A DNA stretch of 64,000 nt from Bugula neritina (lineage: Eukaryota > Animalia > Bryozoa), in the NCBI GenBank assembly GCA_964035545.1, contig OZ037768.1, forward strand, positions 16,103,875-16,167,874, written 5' to 3'. The notes beneath the pieces were generated by a model. That model was given only the letters and a program-made list of their open reading frames with translations. It was not told the DNA's origin and did not search any database. Numbering within the stretch: the first letter of the stretch is position 1; each line of letters starts with the position of its first letter. Of this stretch, positions 1-13,184 are shown one piece after another. The position numbers and the translations under genes are program-made.

Positions 1-1093
1 TTATATAAATAAATAAACAAATAAATAAATATATATATATGTGTGTAGATATAGCTCTTTGATAATCTATATTTGCTTTTGGAGTTATCACCCCTACTAC
101 TAATGGTGAAGCTCCCATCAACAATCTTCTTTAAAGCATGGCTAACTTTGACAACTTGATTATACTCGTTTTTGATTTATCCTTTGTTGTTGCTGAAGAA
201 CCAATTACGTGCTGTTGTACTCCATTTGCTGCTAATTCATATTTACTATGATTATACTCTCCGCATAACCATGATCTATCACCCTATCCCTATACTCATC
301 TATTACCCCTCCCATAACCATTTACCCCTCTTCACTTTGCTTCTAACCCAGTAGTTATATTTGATACTGTGCTCATCCACTTTTTGTAGCATAGATATTT
401 TTTAACTTCAACTATTGTACTTTTTGTTTCATGACTGTCCAGTTTCAAATATTGATAAGTAAAACACTTGGAAAACATTTCAATAGATGGAAATTGAGCT
501 AAGATTTACACAGAAAATTTATTGCAGCAGAAACTATTAAAAACTGATAGCAACTCATTAGATCCTTATAAATATTGTATGATTACTATATAACTTTATG
601 TTATAAGCTGTTTATTTGGAAATGAGTAATTAGTCTTCTAGTAATAAATGAAGTAACGGAATCGCTCCTCATTGATCTCCCTAAATAGATTTTCAATTAT
701 CATATAGCCACATGTCAACTTGAATTCCCTAGAGTATTTTTATGCGCTGATATAATAAAGAATATAATCAGATGAACGCTGCAGCAATGCAGTAAATAGG
801 CAAATATACAAGCCTTATTCAGTCAAGGAAATTGATTTAACATTTAGTTGTTAGGGATGGCGCATATACTCGTATAAGCTGAGGCTGCACGACCCTATTC
901 TTATTGCAAGTACGATGCAAAGAGGAGTGATCGGATTGCTTGCGTCATACTATTTTTTGCTAGTCAAAATTAATTTGAGTAACTGAGTATATTATTAATC
1001 TACAGTTGATCTCCTAAGAGATTAGCTCTGGATTAGCACTCCATCACTCACTGATAGCGCTTGGCATTTTGACCTTTTAACACGTATAAAGAA

Positions 1094-4000
1094 ATGGAGA
1101 AGACGAAGCACAACAATGAAACTACAAGTAATGTAGCTATTGAAATTGAGGATGAAGCAACATCTAGTGGCTGTGAAAGTGACACTGGAACAGAAGTGGG
1201 AAATGAGAGCTTGACATCACTGGACTCAGCGTGTGACCAGACCATACATCAACTCAGTATAATAAATATATTAGAAATATCATCTTCGTCTGACAGTGCA
1301 GTTTCTTCTGCAGATATTGAGTCTGAGCAAGAAGAAGCAATGTCCAACGCCATGTCTTCCATCAGCAGCAGCGGCAGCCAACTAGAAAAGACTGTTAGAA
1401 TACAGAAGTTAGAAAGTGTTATTAAATCGGTGAGTCAGTTGCCATCTTTAACAGAAACGTAACTTATAAACACACAACTTCATTTGCTTAGTATGAACTC
1501 CGACTTTTCGGAATGGTCTAAAGAGAAACAAATGTTACCGGCTGTATCTCAAAAATATAGTAGAAGTGTATTGGAATCACCCAGATGTAAGTGCACAGTG
1601 ACTGTGTCTATTGGTTTTGTTGAGAAGATTTTAATCAATAATTTATAAACTAGTTAAAGTAGGTCTGTTTTAATTTCAATCACTCAAAACCACCCACAAA
1701 AATTTCAAGTAAATATATTTGTTGCTTTTTGTGATCAAACCTTACATGTACAAACTTGAACTAAATATGTGTTATATTTTGTGATCAGACCATACAAGTA
1801 CAAACTTGAAGTAAATATGTGTTGCAGAAAAAAGAACACAAGATAAATACTGCAAGGCTTCTTCAGAAACCTGGATTTCTGTCTTCCCCGAGTCACAATG
1901 CTAGTAGATTCTGCAGAAAGCCAAAGGAAAGAGCAGCAAGTGAAGGTGGCTCTCCACACCATGCTATCAGGTTAGTAACAGCTTGGCTAGTACAGAATTA
2001 AGTAGTTCTACCAGATTTCTACCACATCTATGTCTACTCAGGTTTATCACTTTATGCAATTATAAATATGGTTTCAGGAAACAACACATGTCAAAAGTTG
2101 TTTTTCAGCAATACTGATGTTTATTAGCAGTCTGAAAATGTCTCTATCTGTATGTAAGCAACTGAACTCAAAATGAACGACAATGATTAGAACCCAAATA
2201 AAAGCCAAGAACTATTTTATAGTTGTTCGGTGCACCTACATACGTACAGGAAGTAGTTTGATTAGGAAATAATAATTTTAGATATAAAATGAGAAGACGC
2301 TGCTCCCTGGCATTTTTACTATATTATAGTATACTATTACTATAATACTATTTTAGTCATAAGCTAAATTATCTAAAACCGGTGTTCAAGTGGTACAAGC
2401 ATTGAACTATAACCCCCCTACAGTTTCAGTTCAGTGGGTACAAGCTTCAGTTGCCATAACAATAACCATTTATCACTCAACAATCAGTCAAAACTCATTT
2501 ACTGCACCACCAGCTTAGTCTACTATGTATAATCTCGTCTCTCAACTTTTTCTATTTTAAAATTAACGATTGATGTATGCATAGAGTAATTATTTTTTCC
2601 CACTTAACAAACCATATAATAACATTTTACGAAGCAGTGGGCATTTCAAGTAATTCTTCTTGTCATTTATGCGGGCAAATTGTAACTGCATGTGTAACCT
2701 GACTGCCATGTGCAACAGTATACATTTGTATGCAAATGTAGGTTAGATTCTGTTTCAAAGCAAGGTTATTGATTTTAGCACATCAATTTACTTTGCAAAC
2801 ATTCAGTTAAATAGCTTCAAGCGCTGTATATATGCTGGAAGAAACACATCTCTAAACAAGCTGTTGATGAGTCTTTACTTATTGCCCATTCGTTTTGTAT
2901 ATAAGCAGCGGTCAATTATTTTTAAAATAATACAGCACATGTTGACTATTAATAACTAATAAAACCAGTGAGAATACAGAGTATCATATGAGCATAGTAA
3001 AACAGCTATATATAGAGTTGTCTTCAATAGTCACAGAGTTGTACAGATTGCAATATAATGAAATTTGGAGAATTGTTATTACCTCACAGCATACTGCATT
3101 GTACACATTTCCACAGATTTCACAAAAAGTAGAATTACATCTTTTTGTTAACTTGTTCTAATGATGCAAGAGGGAGCGGCCATGGTGTAGTGGTTAGAGT
3201 GCTGGCCTAGTAAACATGAGGTCATTGGCTTTAGTCCGAAGACTGGTGGTGATGTTAGGAAGAATATCCAGTCAGAATTACTCCTGTGCCTCATCACAAA
3301 AACTTCTTAGCTTGCTTTCCAAATCCCTTTCACCATGATAGCGACTATAAGCAAGAGAGCTTATAAGCCTATTATTTCTATTACCTATTTTAAAGTTAAT
3401 CGTTTTGGGGTTAAATGCAGGTAGACTGGTGCTCATTTCGTCTACCTTTCCATAAATAATAAAGTTCAACTTTAACGTTGTTTAAAAAACATATAAGTGT
3501 TGTAAAAAACATATGTTACTATAAATCAAATAAAAATAACTTTTTAGTACACTTTGTTGGAGTATTAGGAGTTACTTATTGGAGTTTTATTCACTATCTG
3601 AAATTACCTTCTCCTGCTTGCTATTGGCCTTATAAGATATCTCTACCACTCACGGCAATGAAGTTGTTGAATAATGGTTTACCTATGATTGTTAATACTT
3701 AAACTGAATTAATATAAATATTTTTTGAAGAACTATGCTTTGGAGAAGCATAAAAATTGGTAAATCATAAAATAATTTGAGATTTATGTGCCCAGGTATA
3801 CTTGGCTATATAATAAGGTATTTCACTGAATAGCACACAGCAAAAAGTTTTCCAAGGTAATATATAGCTACAAAGAATGATTTGACATCGTAAGCCATAA
3901 CTCATAGTCAATATTCTTTGAATAATCATAATTTACTTGATAATTGGTGATTTATATTTTTGCTTGTAACACAAATATCTTATTAATTGAGAAGTTTCAA

Positions 4001-4872
4001 TACCAACTACTAGTTGTCACCTGAAAGTATACTTAGAAATATAAAAAGTTTTGACTTGATACACACAAATAAACTTACAACTGCATTGTGAAAAACTAGA
4101 CATGGAACTCTTTTAAACAGTTGGTAGTCATAACTATTAAAAATGTTGATTTATTCTTCACCATTTTTTATGCTTCCACAGTACAACCATTAAACCAAAA
4201 GTTACTCTTTGACAACTTTGATAAACCACAGCTAAAAATTGCAGAATGATAACCAATTCATCATAAATAATTAGCTGCAAACTTATCATGGTTCTACTAT
4301 CAACTATACATGTATGCAAATGTACCTGTATTTTACATTGAGCGTGGGACTTTAATAATTGGCTTGAACTTTGACAAATCCGCCGTGACTATTGGGTGGG
4401 TAAATAACTTGCACTTAGCACTTTTATACATGCATATATTATATACTGTTCATTATAGTGCTTAGAAGATTTAGGCAAAAGTTTTGTTCACAACTAGTTA
4501 TCAACTAACTACAACTTATGTATTTGTTGTAGAATTGATTCCCCATGTCAAGTTTCAGTGACTAGCCTCAATGCAAACATAAGACTGCCAATGGACAAAC
4601 TCAGTACTAAATTGTTTGACCCTCCAGATAGGGCTTGCACATCTCTAGGAGTTATTTCTCCACGGAGAATGCAAAATGGCAGCAGTTGCTTTGGAGGTAG
4701 AAGTAAAACAGCTAAGCAGTATGTTATACACCCTGACTGGGTGAGTGAGAGCTTGTCCATAGGGAAAGTCCCTCTGACAAATAGAAGTGGGCAGGATTTC
4801 ATAGACTATATGAAGAGGTCCCAGAGTTGTCCTCCACAATCAAGAAATGTGATAACTTGGGATAATAAATAG
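1094..4872 (+). CDS. Spliced gene for an uncharacterised Ser/Glu-rich, probably disordered protein (model partly uncertain)
   Basis: 122-aa ORF from ATG 1094 (in-frame TGA at 1070). Exon 1828-1970 (ttgcag|...ag|gttagt, ends phase 2) joins in frame to terminal exon 4533-4872 (ttgtag|a att..., stop TAG, contains YVIHPDWVSE). Phases across 1430-1586 cannot be resolved. No family recognised. Confidence 0.5.
1730..1823. repeat. Two-copy tandem duplication, 50-bp period
   Basis: tgtgatcaaaccttacatgtacaaacttgaactaaatatgtgtt at 1730 and tgtgatcagaccatacaagtacaaacttgaagtaaatatgtgtt at 1780. Confidence 0.8.
3172..3355 (+). mobile_element. tRNA-derived SINE, family A (copy 1, decayed)
   Basis: Head gggagcggccatggtgtagtggttagag (A box), core gatgttaggaagaatatccagtc, tail gatagcgactataa. 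Aligns by eye to 12376-12565 and 15855-16072. Confidence 0.8.
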
Positions 4873-5837
4873 GAAAGTGGCAACGTGCTCATGTATAGCA
4901 TGTAGAATTGCATAATCAGATCTTTCATGTACTTTAGTGCACACAATTTATATATTATTTATCAGTTTTTCTTACAACACTCTCAATTTGTTTCCTATTT
5001 ATAACATGTATTATTTGTTGTAACATTGGCACATGCAATATTATCAACATTCCAGCTCAAGTTTTTATATGACTTGTAAAATTAATGAATGTAGCTGATG
5101 ATTTATTGTTTCAATACAGATTTAACACAAATTTGCCGAATTAGACTGAATACTAGTGTTAATAAGAAACTATAGAATAATCTTTATAACAGCACTCATT
5201 CTATTACTTGTGGTTCATTTACTTATGCAAATGAAATGCAGTTTTAGAAAGAATTTTGAACAGGGAGTCATCTATAAATTATCTATAAATATGTTGCTAT
5301 TATTTCTAGATGCATAATTGGCTTGAAATTAAGAAGTTTCCCTAACAAAAGCAGCTTCCTAATTCAAATCTAGTCTATTTTTAGTGCACATTTAAAACTG
5401 ACTCCATTTGTTTCAACCTCAATTTCTAGAAAAAGGTCAAAAGAAATTATATTCCTAACAGTAACTATAAGATGATACATTGTTTTTTTGGGTCCAATTG
5501 TTATGCATCAGCTAAAGCAAACAAGCAAAACTTTTAATTTGCAAGTATTCAGTATTTATTTCTGTGATTTTGCTAAATATAGTTGATAACAACGTTACAG
5601 ATAAAACATAGATAAAACATTGGCTAGTTTGCATTATAGAAGTAACTGCATATATCACTGTATATTACAAGTTCTACTTAATGACTCATAGACTGATTAA
5701 AAGCTATTTACAGTACATATGATTTTACAGACTTAAATTCCGTTTGTACACATAGCTTTGTCTGTTTCTATTTATAGAAGACATACAATTATAATTTGAC
5801 AAATGAAAAACAAGTAGACTACAACTGTGATCGGTGA

Positions 5838-8800
5838 TTATGCTTTCTTTGTTTTACTCATGATCTTGCTGGCCAGGGAGGGATAAGCCTATAAAATAAA
5901 TTTCAAGTTTTTGCAAAGCTGTAAAACAACTTTCAAAAGCTATGATAGAAAAAGTTAGCAATGAAAATATTTTCTCCTGAACAAAAATCAACTACAGCTT
6001 TAAAAACAAGCTTTGATATTTTATGAAATGTTAATTGATCAACAGTGAATAAAATCGAATGCGTAGTAACATAACTATGGACCATTGTAGGGTACAGTGG
6101 TACTGACAGAATACATCTTCCTCTATGAAAAATATCAATAATATAATTTCATTAAATTCTTTACAAATATAGCTTCACCCACAAAGTACCAGCCAACAAG
6201 AATGGAACTCACCAGAGAGAGGAGGTAGACAACTCCAAGGTATGCTCCAATAACCACAGCCAAGAACAGGTCAAACACTGCTGGTTTCACACTGCGAATA
6301 GAAAATTCGTTATCAACGTGAGATGATATAACAGATATTTTTACTAAACATGCGTGGAGATCAATCCAAAAATAAGTATCCCATTATCTAGCATAAGTTA
6401 CTAAAGAAGTCAAGGATGTTACAATGAGCCAATTTCCACCAATGACAGCAATTGCTAGCAAAAAGTTGAACAGCAAAAAATAAGACTGCTTTTCAAAAAT
6501 CTACTATGCTCAACAAATAGCAAAGTTTTTTGCAGGAACAATTTAATTGGTTGAGTATCGTTTAGTGATTTTGCTTTTATGTTGCAGATTTTTGCTCACA
6601 TGAGCATCATTGAGAATAACTGAAATTTAATCTATCTTTAACATAAAGTAATCTAAGCAATAGAGCCAAACTCAAACATAACCCAGCTTTCATTCCTGGT
6701 TGATAGTTTCTGTGTAGCAGAAAACTACCCCAACAGTTATTATTGAAGTTCCTTAATACTTGTTCAGTTAGCCAGTATTCTGCAAGTAGTTTCTGTCACA
6801 TAAGATTCAATCTTTACAAATACAGTTTAAAACTAAGAAGTTCATATATTCAAAAATAATAAACATGTTTTGGAGGGTTCGTTTACCAAGACAGTTGATG
6901 TGGAGATAATGCATTGAGCATAGACAAACCTGTACACATGCATAGTATCCAGCACTGGGTCGTAAAGCACAAACTCTGGGTCCCTGAAACAGAATCACTC
7001 AGTTAAAGTCAGTTGTTTCATATTCATATTTCATCAGGTACAAAAGACTGAGCGAAACAGACACATCCTCTAACCCTATAACTATACTGGTATGCTGTTG
7101 GAAGTATTAACTAGTAGTGAACTACTGGCGATAGGCTGGTGTAGTATTGTAAGGCAATGTATGTTAAACGTTAACTAATGTTGCCCTACTTGTAGAAAAC
7201 TACAATCAACCATTAAACATACAGATAACTAGGAATGATCAATGTACAGTTAGCATAATGAGGAGGTAAAGAAGACTTGCCTTGTATCACAAGTATAAGC
7301 AGTTCTTGACACAGACTGCAGGTATCTCTGGAACGCCTGCTCCATGCTGGTCAACACGGAACTTGTGGGCTTCAGAAGCTGAGCAGCTCTGGGTTCTGAG
7401 GTCAATAGGTCAAGCCATGCTTTCACCATAGAGTGTTGCACTGCCTAAACAGAATGTCTAGTTGTTAGTAACATGATTGAACTTAGACAAAGGGGAGCAT
7501 CATCTATTTTGCTTCACCAGTACATTTCAGGTACACATAAAGCTGCATTATCCACCAGCTGACAACAAGCAGCATGTGTGACGTATGCTTGTATAATCAT
7601 TGCAGAAGAAAGTAAGCTACTGGTGACAAGTGCGTGAGAGATGGTGACAGGTGTGTGAGAGATGGTGACAAGTGTGTGAGAGATGGTGAGAAGTGCTAGA
7701 GAGATGGTGACAGATATGTGAGAGTGATGGTGACAGGTGTGTGAGAGTGATGGTGACAGGTGTGAGAGTGATGGTGACAGGTGTGCGAGAGTGATGGTGA
7801 CAGGTGTGTGTGAGTGATAGTGACAGGTGTGTGTGAGAGTGATGGTGACAGGTGTGCGAGAGTGATGGTGACAGGTGTGTGAGAGTGATAGTGACAGGTG
7901 TGTGTGAGAGTGATGGTGACAGGTGTGCGAGCGTGATGGTGACAGGTGTGCGAGAGTGATGGTGACAGGTGTGAGAGTGATGGTGACAGGTGTGTGAGTG
8001 ATGGTGACAGGTGTGTGAGAGTGATGGTGACAGGTGTGAGAGAGATGATGTAAAGTAGACAGACTTGCATCGTTTCTACACAGTTTATGACATACAATAT
8101 ACATACCAAGTCAGCATCGAGTACAGTGACTTGCTTAGCACTATCATTAGAAGATAAACTGAAGATATATCTAGCCACAGCTTCCCCAATCACATGGACA
8201 TTCTGAGTCAAGACTTGACTGGTCACCGATGACCTACATGCATATCATAATGCAGTTACCACCAACAGTTACCAGCAAACAGCATAAGAAAACCTTCTGG
8301 CAGCTATGTTATGTAATCACAGGGTCTTTGTATGAATGCTATTCAGTTCACACACCTGGTATCCAGTGCAGAGGTTCTAATTGGTGATTTGTGACTTTCT
8401 AATGAAGAGATGGTCATACCAGCCATCTTACTCATTGCAAACTGCTCGTGTTCCCAGGCTAATTTCGAGTGTGCCAGGGCTATCTTCTTGTGTACATGTT
8501 CGGCTGATGACCCAAACTCAGTAGCAGCTTCTTTCAAATGCTGAAATCAACACTGAATATTATTTATTTGATTCAAATACCAAAACTCTGCTGCCTTTCA
8601 GCACATGTGACTAGCACACAAGTCTGAACAGTGGAGACTATCAGGTGAAAACAGTACAAGTACTAAACCTTAGTGTAGTAGGAGGAACATCAAGTGTCTC
8701 TTATTGATCGTTAAGAAACGATTGGTTAAATTATTCCGGAGTTATCCATTGATTTTCAACAAAAGTCTATAACTAGGCACCTTTTTTACTGCTTGATCTT

Positions 8801-11800
8801 CGGCTGATATGCTAATTCAGCATTTCCACTCAAAAACTCAATCAAATTTTGTGGATAAAAAACATGCTAAGTTAATAAGTTATAAAACTTTATACATAAG
8901 GAGTCATCAGATACCTGAATCAAGTGGTGGTTGGCGCTACCTTCCTTAGCAGGCTTAGAGACATGGATGTAAAGGTTAGAGCTTTGACTGGCAATGCTGT
9001 CCAGACATATGACACTCTCTATTTGATTGAGGTAAGAGAACTCTACAATGTGTACAGGTATATAGCTCTATACTGTACTAAAATAGATAGCGTAGCTCTA
9101 TTAACAGAGGGCAATTTTCATTATATATTACAGAAAAAGTTGAATTTTATAAACTAAGAACTTCTTGTAGGAAGTTATGAGGGAATAAAACAATAATTCA
9201 ATGAAATGTTTACAAATTATAGACTGCCCTAAGAGCTTGTCAAAACTTACTGCTGGACTCTCTCATGTCTTCCAGCCATTTCTTAGTACCAAAGTAGTTG
9301 AGTTTAGCTGAGCCGGATAGCAAGAAAGCTATGTTGTATTCCGGTTTATTGGAAGAACTAAACAACCTCTGAAATATTCTCATGAGCTCCAGTAATGCAA
9401 CCACACCGCTGCCATTTGAGTCAGCGCCATAAGACAGACCCTTGGGGTTTATAGAAATAAGTCGTGTTACATTTGATTATCAAAATAAGACCACCATAAT
9501 ATATCTTATTATATAATATATATAATTCGTGTTCGAGCTAACATTTTATAAAATACATACAGGAATTCCACTCATTGCGTCATAGTGAGCAACAAAGAGC
9601 ACAGTTGGCAGCCTGTCAGCATTTCCACTGCCTTCCAAAACACCCTGCAACAAAGGATATCACTACAGATTCTGACAAACCAACTATAACTAGACTGCTA
9701 CGGCGTAACATTAAATGAATTAAACTTCACCTTGTGCTAACAGTAATGATGTAGAAACTCAAGTTGACTTACATGCAGGTTAATTGTTTTATACTTGTCT
9801 TGCCTTTTCGGAGATGGGGTATGAATATTCATCTGAAAGCCATTTGCAGATATTGCTTGGAGCAGGGCCTCTGTTGCAGTTGGGGTCTTCTCAGCTAGTA
9901 TAGCAAACAAATCAGGTTAGTATTTGACTCAATAGTTAGACTACACATTGGTATACATATACGGCTGCTGAGTTGACAACTTCAAAATATAATTGCTGGG
10001 GGGGGGGGGAGAGAACTTAGTGCAAATACAAGACACAATAGCCAGGCTAACTAGTACACATAATATACACTGCGTAGTGACTGTTAACTGTTATAAACGA
10101 GCTGCCAGAAAATATTGACAAAAGTTATTGCTTTAAAAAAATCTCATGGATTTTCTGTGAAGGTAAAATGTAGTGAAATCGTGGAATGGCAACCTTACTG
10201 AATTATTTTACTAGTAATAATTAGTAGAATCTGACTTGACAGCTTTGGCTTCATTCTAAAGACTGAATCTAACTTCAGCTAGATCTCTGATTTTTGGCAC
10301 TTTTTCTGGGGAAAAAATATCATACACTAGCTCTTTTATGAATAAAACTGCCAGTATTATATATTTCATAACTGTTATAGTCCACATCATACCTTTCCGG
10401 TTGTATAGACCTAAGACTACATATCTGCTAGCACTAGCTTGCATAATTCACTAGGTAAAACAGATGAACTTGGTAAAGTGGGAATTTTTACATTTCAAAT
10501 ACAGGAATTAACATGAATTGAATCAATTATGAATTATTGTACAATGTGTTGCTATTTGACATTGCAAAACATGTAAAGCCATAACATGATGGTATGCCTG
10601 CAGAAAAAAAAGAAAGAAAGTTGGACATATAATATTTAACATATATTAGTAATGATACTACAAAAGGATTCGTGTGCTGATGAAACCTGTTTAAAACAAA
10701 ACATCAGTTCAATCATGTATTCTCTTGTGCTGCTTTAGCAGAAAAAGCAGTCAATACAGTATACAAGTTTTATTTAAAAAGTACCAGTTGAGTTGTCATT
10801 TCTGTGTATAATTCAGAACTCAACTCACTGTACATATTGGTTATTAGTCTCAATTTTATCTAGTCACAATTAAAGTTTTTATGGCATTTCAAAACATTGA
10901 GTTAACAGTAAAGAATAAATTGTGGAGTAATTATTTTTTTCCTTAATTTCAACACTTAACAAGGCAAGACGCGACAAAATGACTGTACTGGCAAACAAAT
11001 TGCTGTTGCTAGCCATTACCAGGTCTGCAAGAATTATATATAATGGTAAAATACTTTTCAGTGTTACTAAACCACTATTTCACAACATCTGAATTTACGT
11101 GGCAACAAATACAGAGTCAACTTACAGGCAGTAGAAGATTTTACACGATTGTAAATTTCTAAAATCTCATCATCTTCGATTACAAAATAAACGGGAATCA
11201 GAGTTTCTTCTAACAGCACGAGCTTTTCAATCCCCATAAATTGCTACAACACAACAGCATCGACTAGATTTATCTATACACAATATAATACTACTAGATC
11301 ACACAACTACTAGGAATTCTACAACCTAAATCATCAAACTGACTAATAATGCTTTTTTGCGATATTAGAAAAAAAACTTCACAACTAATAGCTTTGCTCA
11401 TAAAATACCCAGGGGCCAGCATGGATAACTACGCTAACATGGATACCCAGGGAGAGCCTGTATATGATACACTATAGTTTATACATACCTCACGCTCATC
11501 AACCGTAAGGTTATCCAAATGTCCAGGTAACAGAATGACCAAAGCTCCAATATTCTGGTCCACCAAATGTCTATACAGAGATAGTGTAACCTCATTCAGC
11601 TTGGCAACAACACATTTCCTAGCGAGTCCAGTAGAACTAATCGATCTAGCCTCCATGTTGACTAATGTACTTCTGCTGCCTGCAAACACCAAACCAGACA
11701 GTTTACTTCATCATTTTCCAAAACTAAATACATCATTGAATAATGTTTCAATTGAAGTCAACACAGTATATTTGCCCCACCCATACTACAGCTAAAAGTG

Positions 11801-13184
11801 AGCTATTGGACATCGATGATGCTAACTGAGGCACCATGGCCATAGTGAAATAAATTACAGCTACAAAACTATTAACATGAAAATGAACAATGGGCAGACA
11901 ACTCTCTACCAGTCAATTGATAAACTTCTATAATACTAGTTAAGGCAGCCAGTTGGCAATAAATACATTCTTGAAAAGCAACAAAGTGTATTAGCTGATA
12001 GAAGTCAACAGTCCGTATTTTGTTGAGTAATTAAAAACATGCTATTAATCCTGGTAGTGTGAGTGTCTCCATCATTTAATTTGTTTATATCTACTTCTAG
12101 CATACTGATATAGAAACTGTTTTTACTCTTTTAAGAATTAGAACTAATAACAAAATAATACCAGGCTAATAGTAATAGCGGAAACAAATGAAAGATAATT
12201 CCGAGGGTGCCACTACTTATGTATGTTTCAGGTGCAAAAAGTTTTAAGATAGTAATAACACTAATAGTAATACCCTAATAGTAGCAATACTAGTAATAAT
12301 AGCATAATTATACTATTACTACTAGTATTACTACTATTAGAGTACTACTATTAGTGTTACTACTATCTTAAAATTAACGTTTGCCTATTAAATACAAGGT
12401 CATGGGTTCGAGCCCAGACAAAGGCCATTGGTGATGTTAGGAAGAGCATCCAGTCATAATTTCTCCTGTGCCTCATCCTAATAAGTTCTTAGCCCGCTTT
12501 AACAAAAACTCTTTCCACCAGGGGTTTCTCACAGGGATAGCGACTGTAAACTTCTGCGAGTTTAAATATATATATATATATATAAAATAGTATATTATAT
12601 ATAATTATATATTATATATAATATTATATTCATATTGATATTATAAATATAATTATATACAGTATTAATATATACAGTTATATTTATAATATCCATAATA
12701 CTATTATTAATAATAATAGGCTTAAATATTAATGGTACTAACATTGAGTATTAGTAACAGTAAATGTAACATTTATATTATTAACAATGTAAAATTGAAT
12801 AAATTATTAAATATTATTCATATTCAGAAATATTCATATTGTTATACTTATTATAATTTTAATAATAATTCTAATTCGTAATTGTCATTGATAATTCAAC
12901 TTCATATTTCATTCAATTTAATTGTAATTCAAATTGTCCGTCACTAGATTTACTTTTAGACTTTAGGGTTTAGTGGATACTGCAATTATTCATCGCTAAG
13001 CACATAACTTTTACTTACCATAAGTGTTTCCAGCAAAATCAAATTGATTCATTCGATAAACAGGAAAATTCTGCGCCCCATTTACAGGAGAAATAATCAT
13101 GAGAAAAGGAAGAATAAATACAACAGAAAACGGTACGCTGCTCTTGAGGCAATCAAATGCATCGAAAGCACTGTCAAACCACAT
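5838..13184 (-). CDS. NCLN: Nicalin (ER membrane BOS/NOMO-TMEM147 complex subunit, M28 peptidase-like fold), 13 exons, 552 aa
   Basis: Exons: 13019-13184, 11489-11679, 11126-11243, 9773-9894, 9561-9644, 9251-9440, 8915-9042, 8356-8540, 8107-8233, 7281-7444, 6930-6983, 6213-6291, 5838-5888. All phases are consistent (1659 nt). Nicalin motifs: FPVYRMNQFD, LPTVLFVAHYD, GADSNGSGVVALLEL, LAWEHEQF, RDPEFVLYD, VKPAVFDLFLAV plus TM helix. C-terminus KTKKA fits a KxKxx ER-retrieval motif. Confidence 0.96.
7619..8047. repeat. GT/GA-rich minisatellite (unit about 21-25 bp, gagagtgatggtgacaggtgtgt) in nicalin intron 9
   Basis: About 18-19 imperfect tandem units are visible. They produce the repetitive ORFs 7514-8104 and 7696-8226. 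Confidence 0.95.
12242..12373. repeat. 132-bp near-perfect spacerless palindrome of TAG/AAT triplets
   Basis: The left arm ttttaagatagtaataacactaatag... is the reverse complement of the right arm ...ctattagtgttactactatcttaaaa, centred at 12307/12308, with a few mismatches. Confidence 0.9.
12376..12565 (+). mobile_element. tRNA-derived SINE, family A (copy 2, 5'-truncated)
   Basis: B box gggttcgagccc, core gatgttaggaagagcatccagtc, 3' ggggtttctcacagggatagcgactgtaaact followed by (TA)n. Confidence 0.85.

Noticed and set aside
7619-8047. CRISPR-like regular repeats
   Set aside because: No unique spacers; head-to-tail minisatellite in a eukaryotic intron, and no cas genes.
7514-8104. 196-aa His/Thr-rich ORF
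   Set aside because: Translation of the intronic minisatellite.
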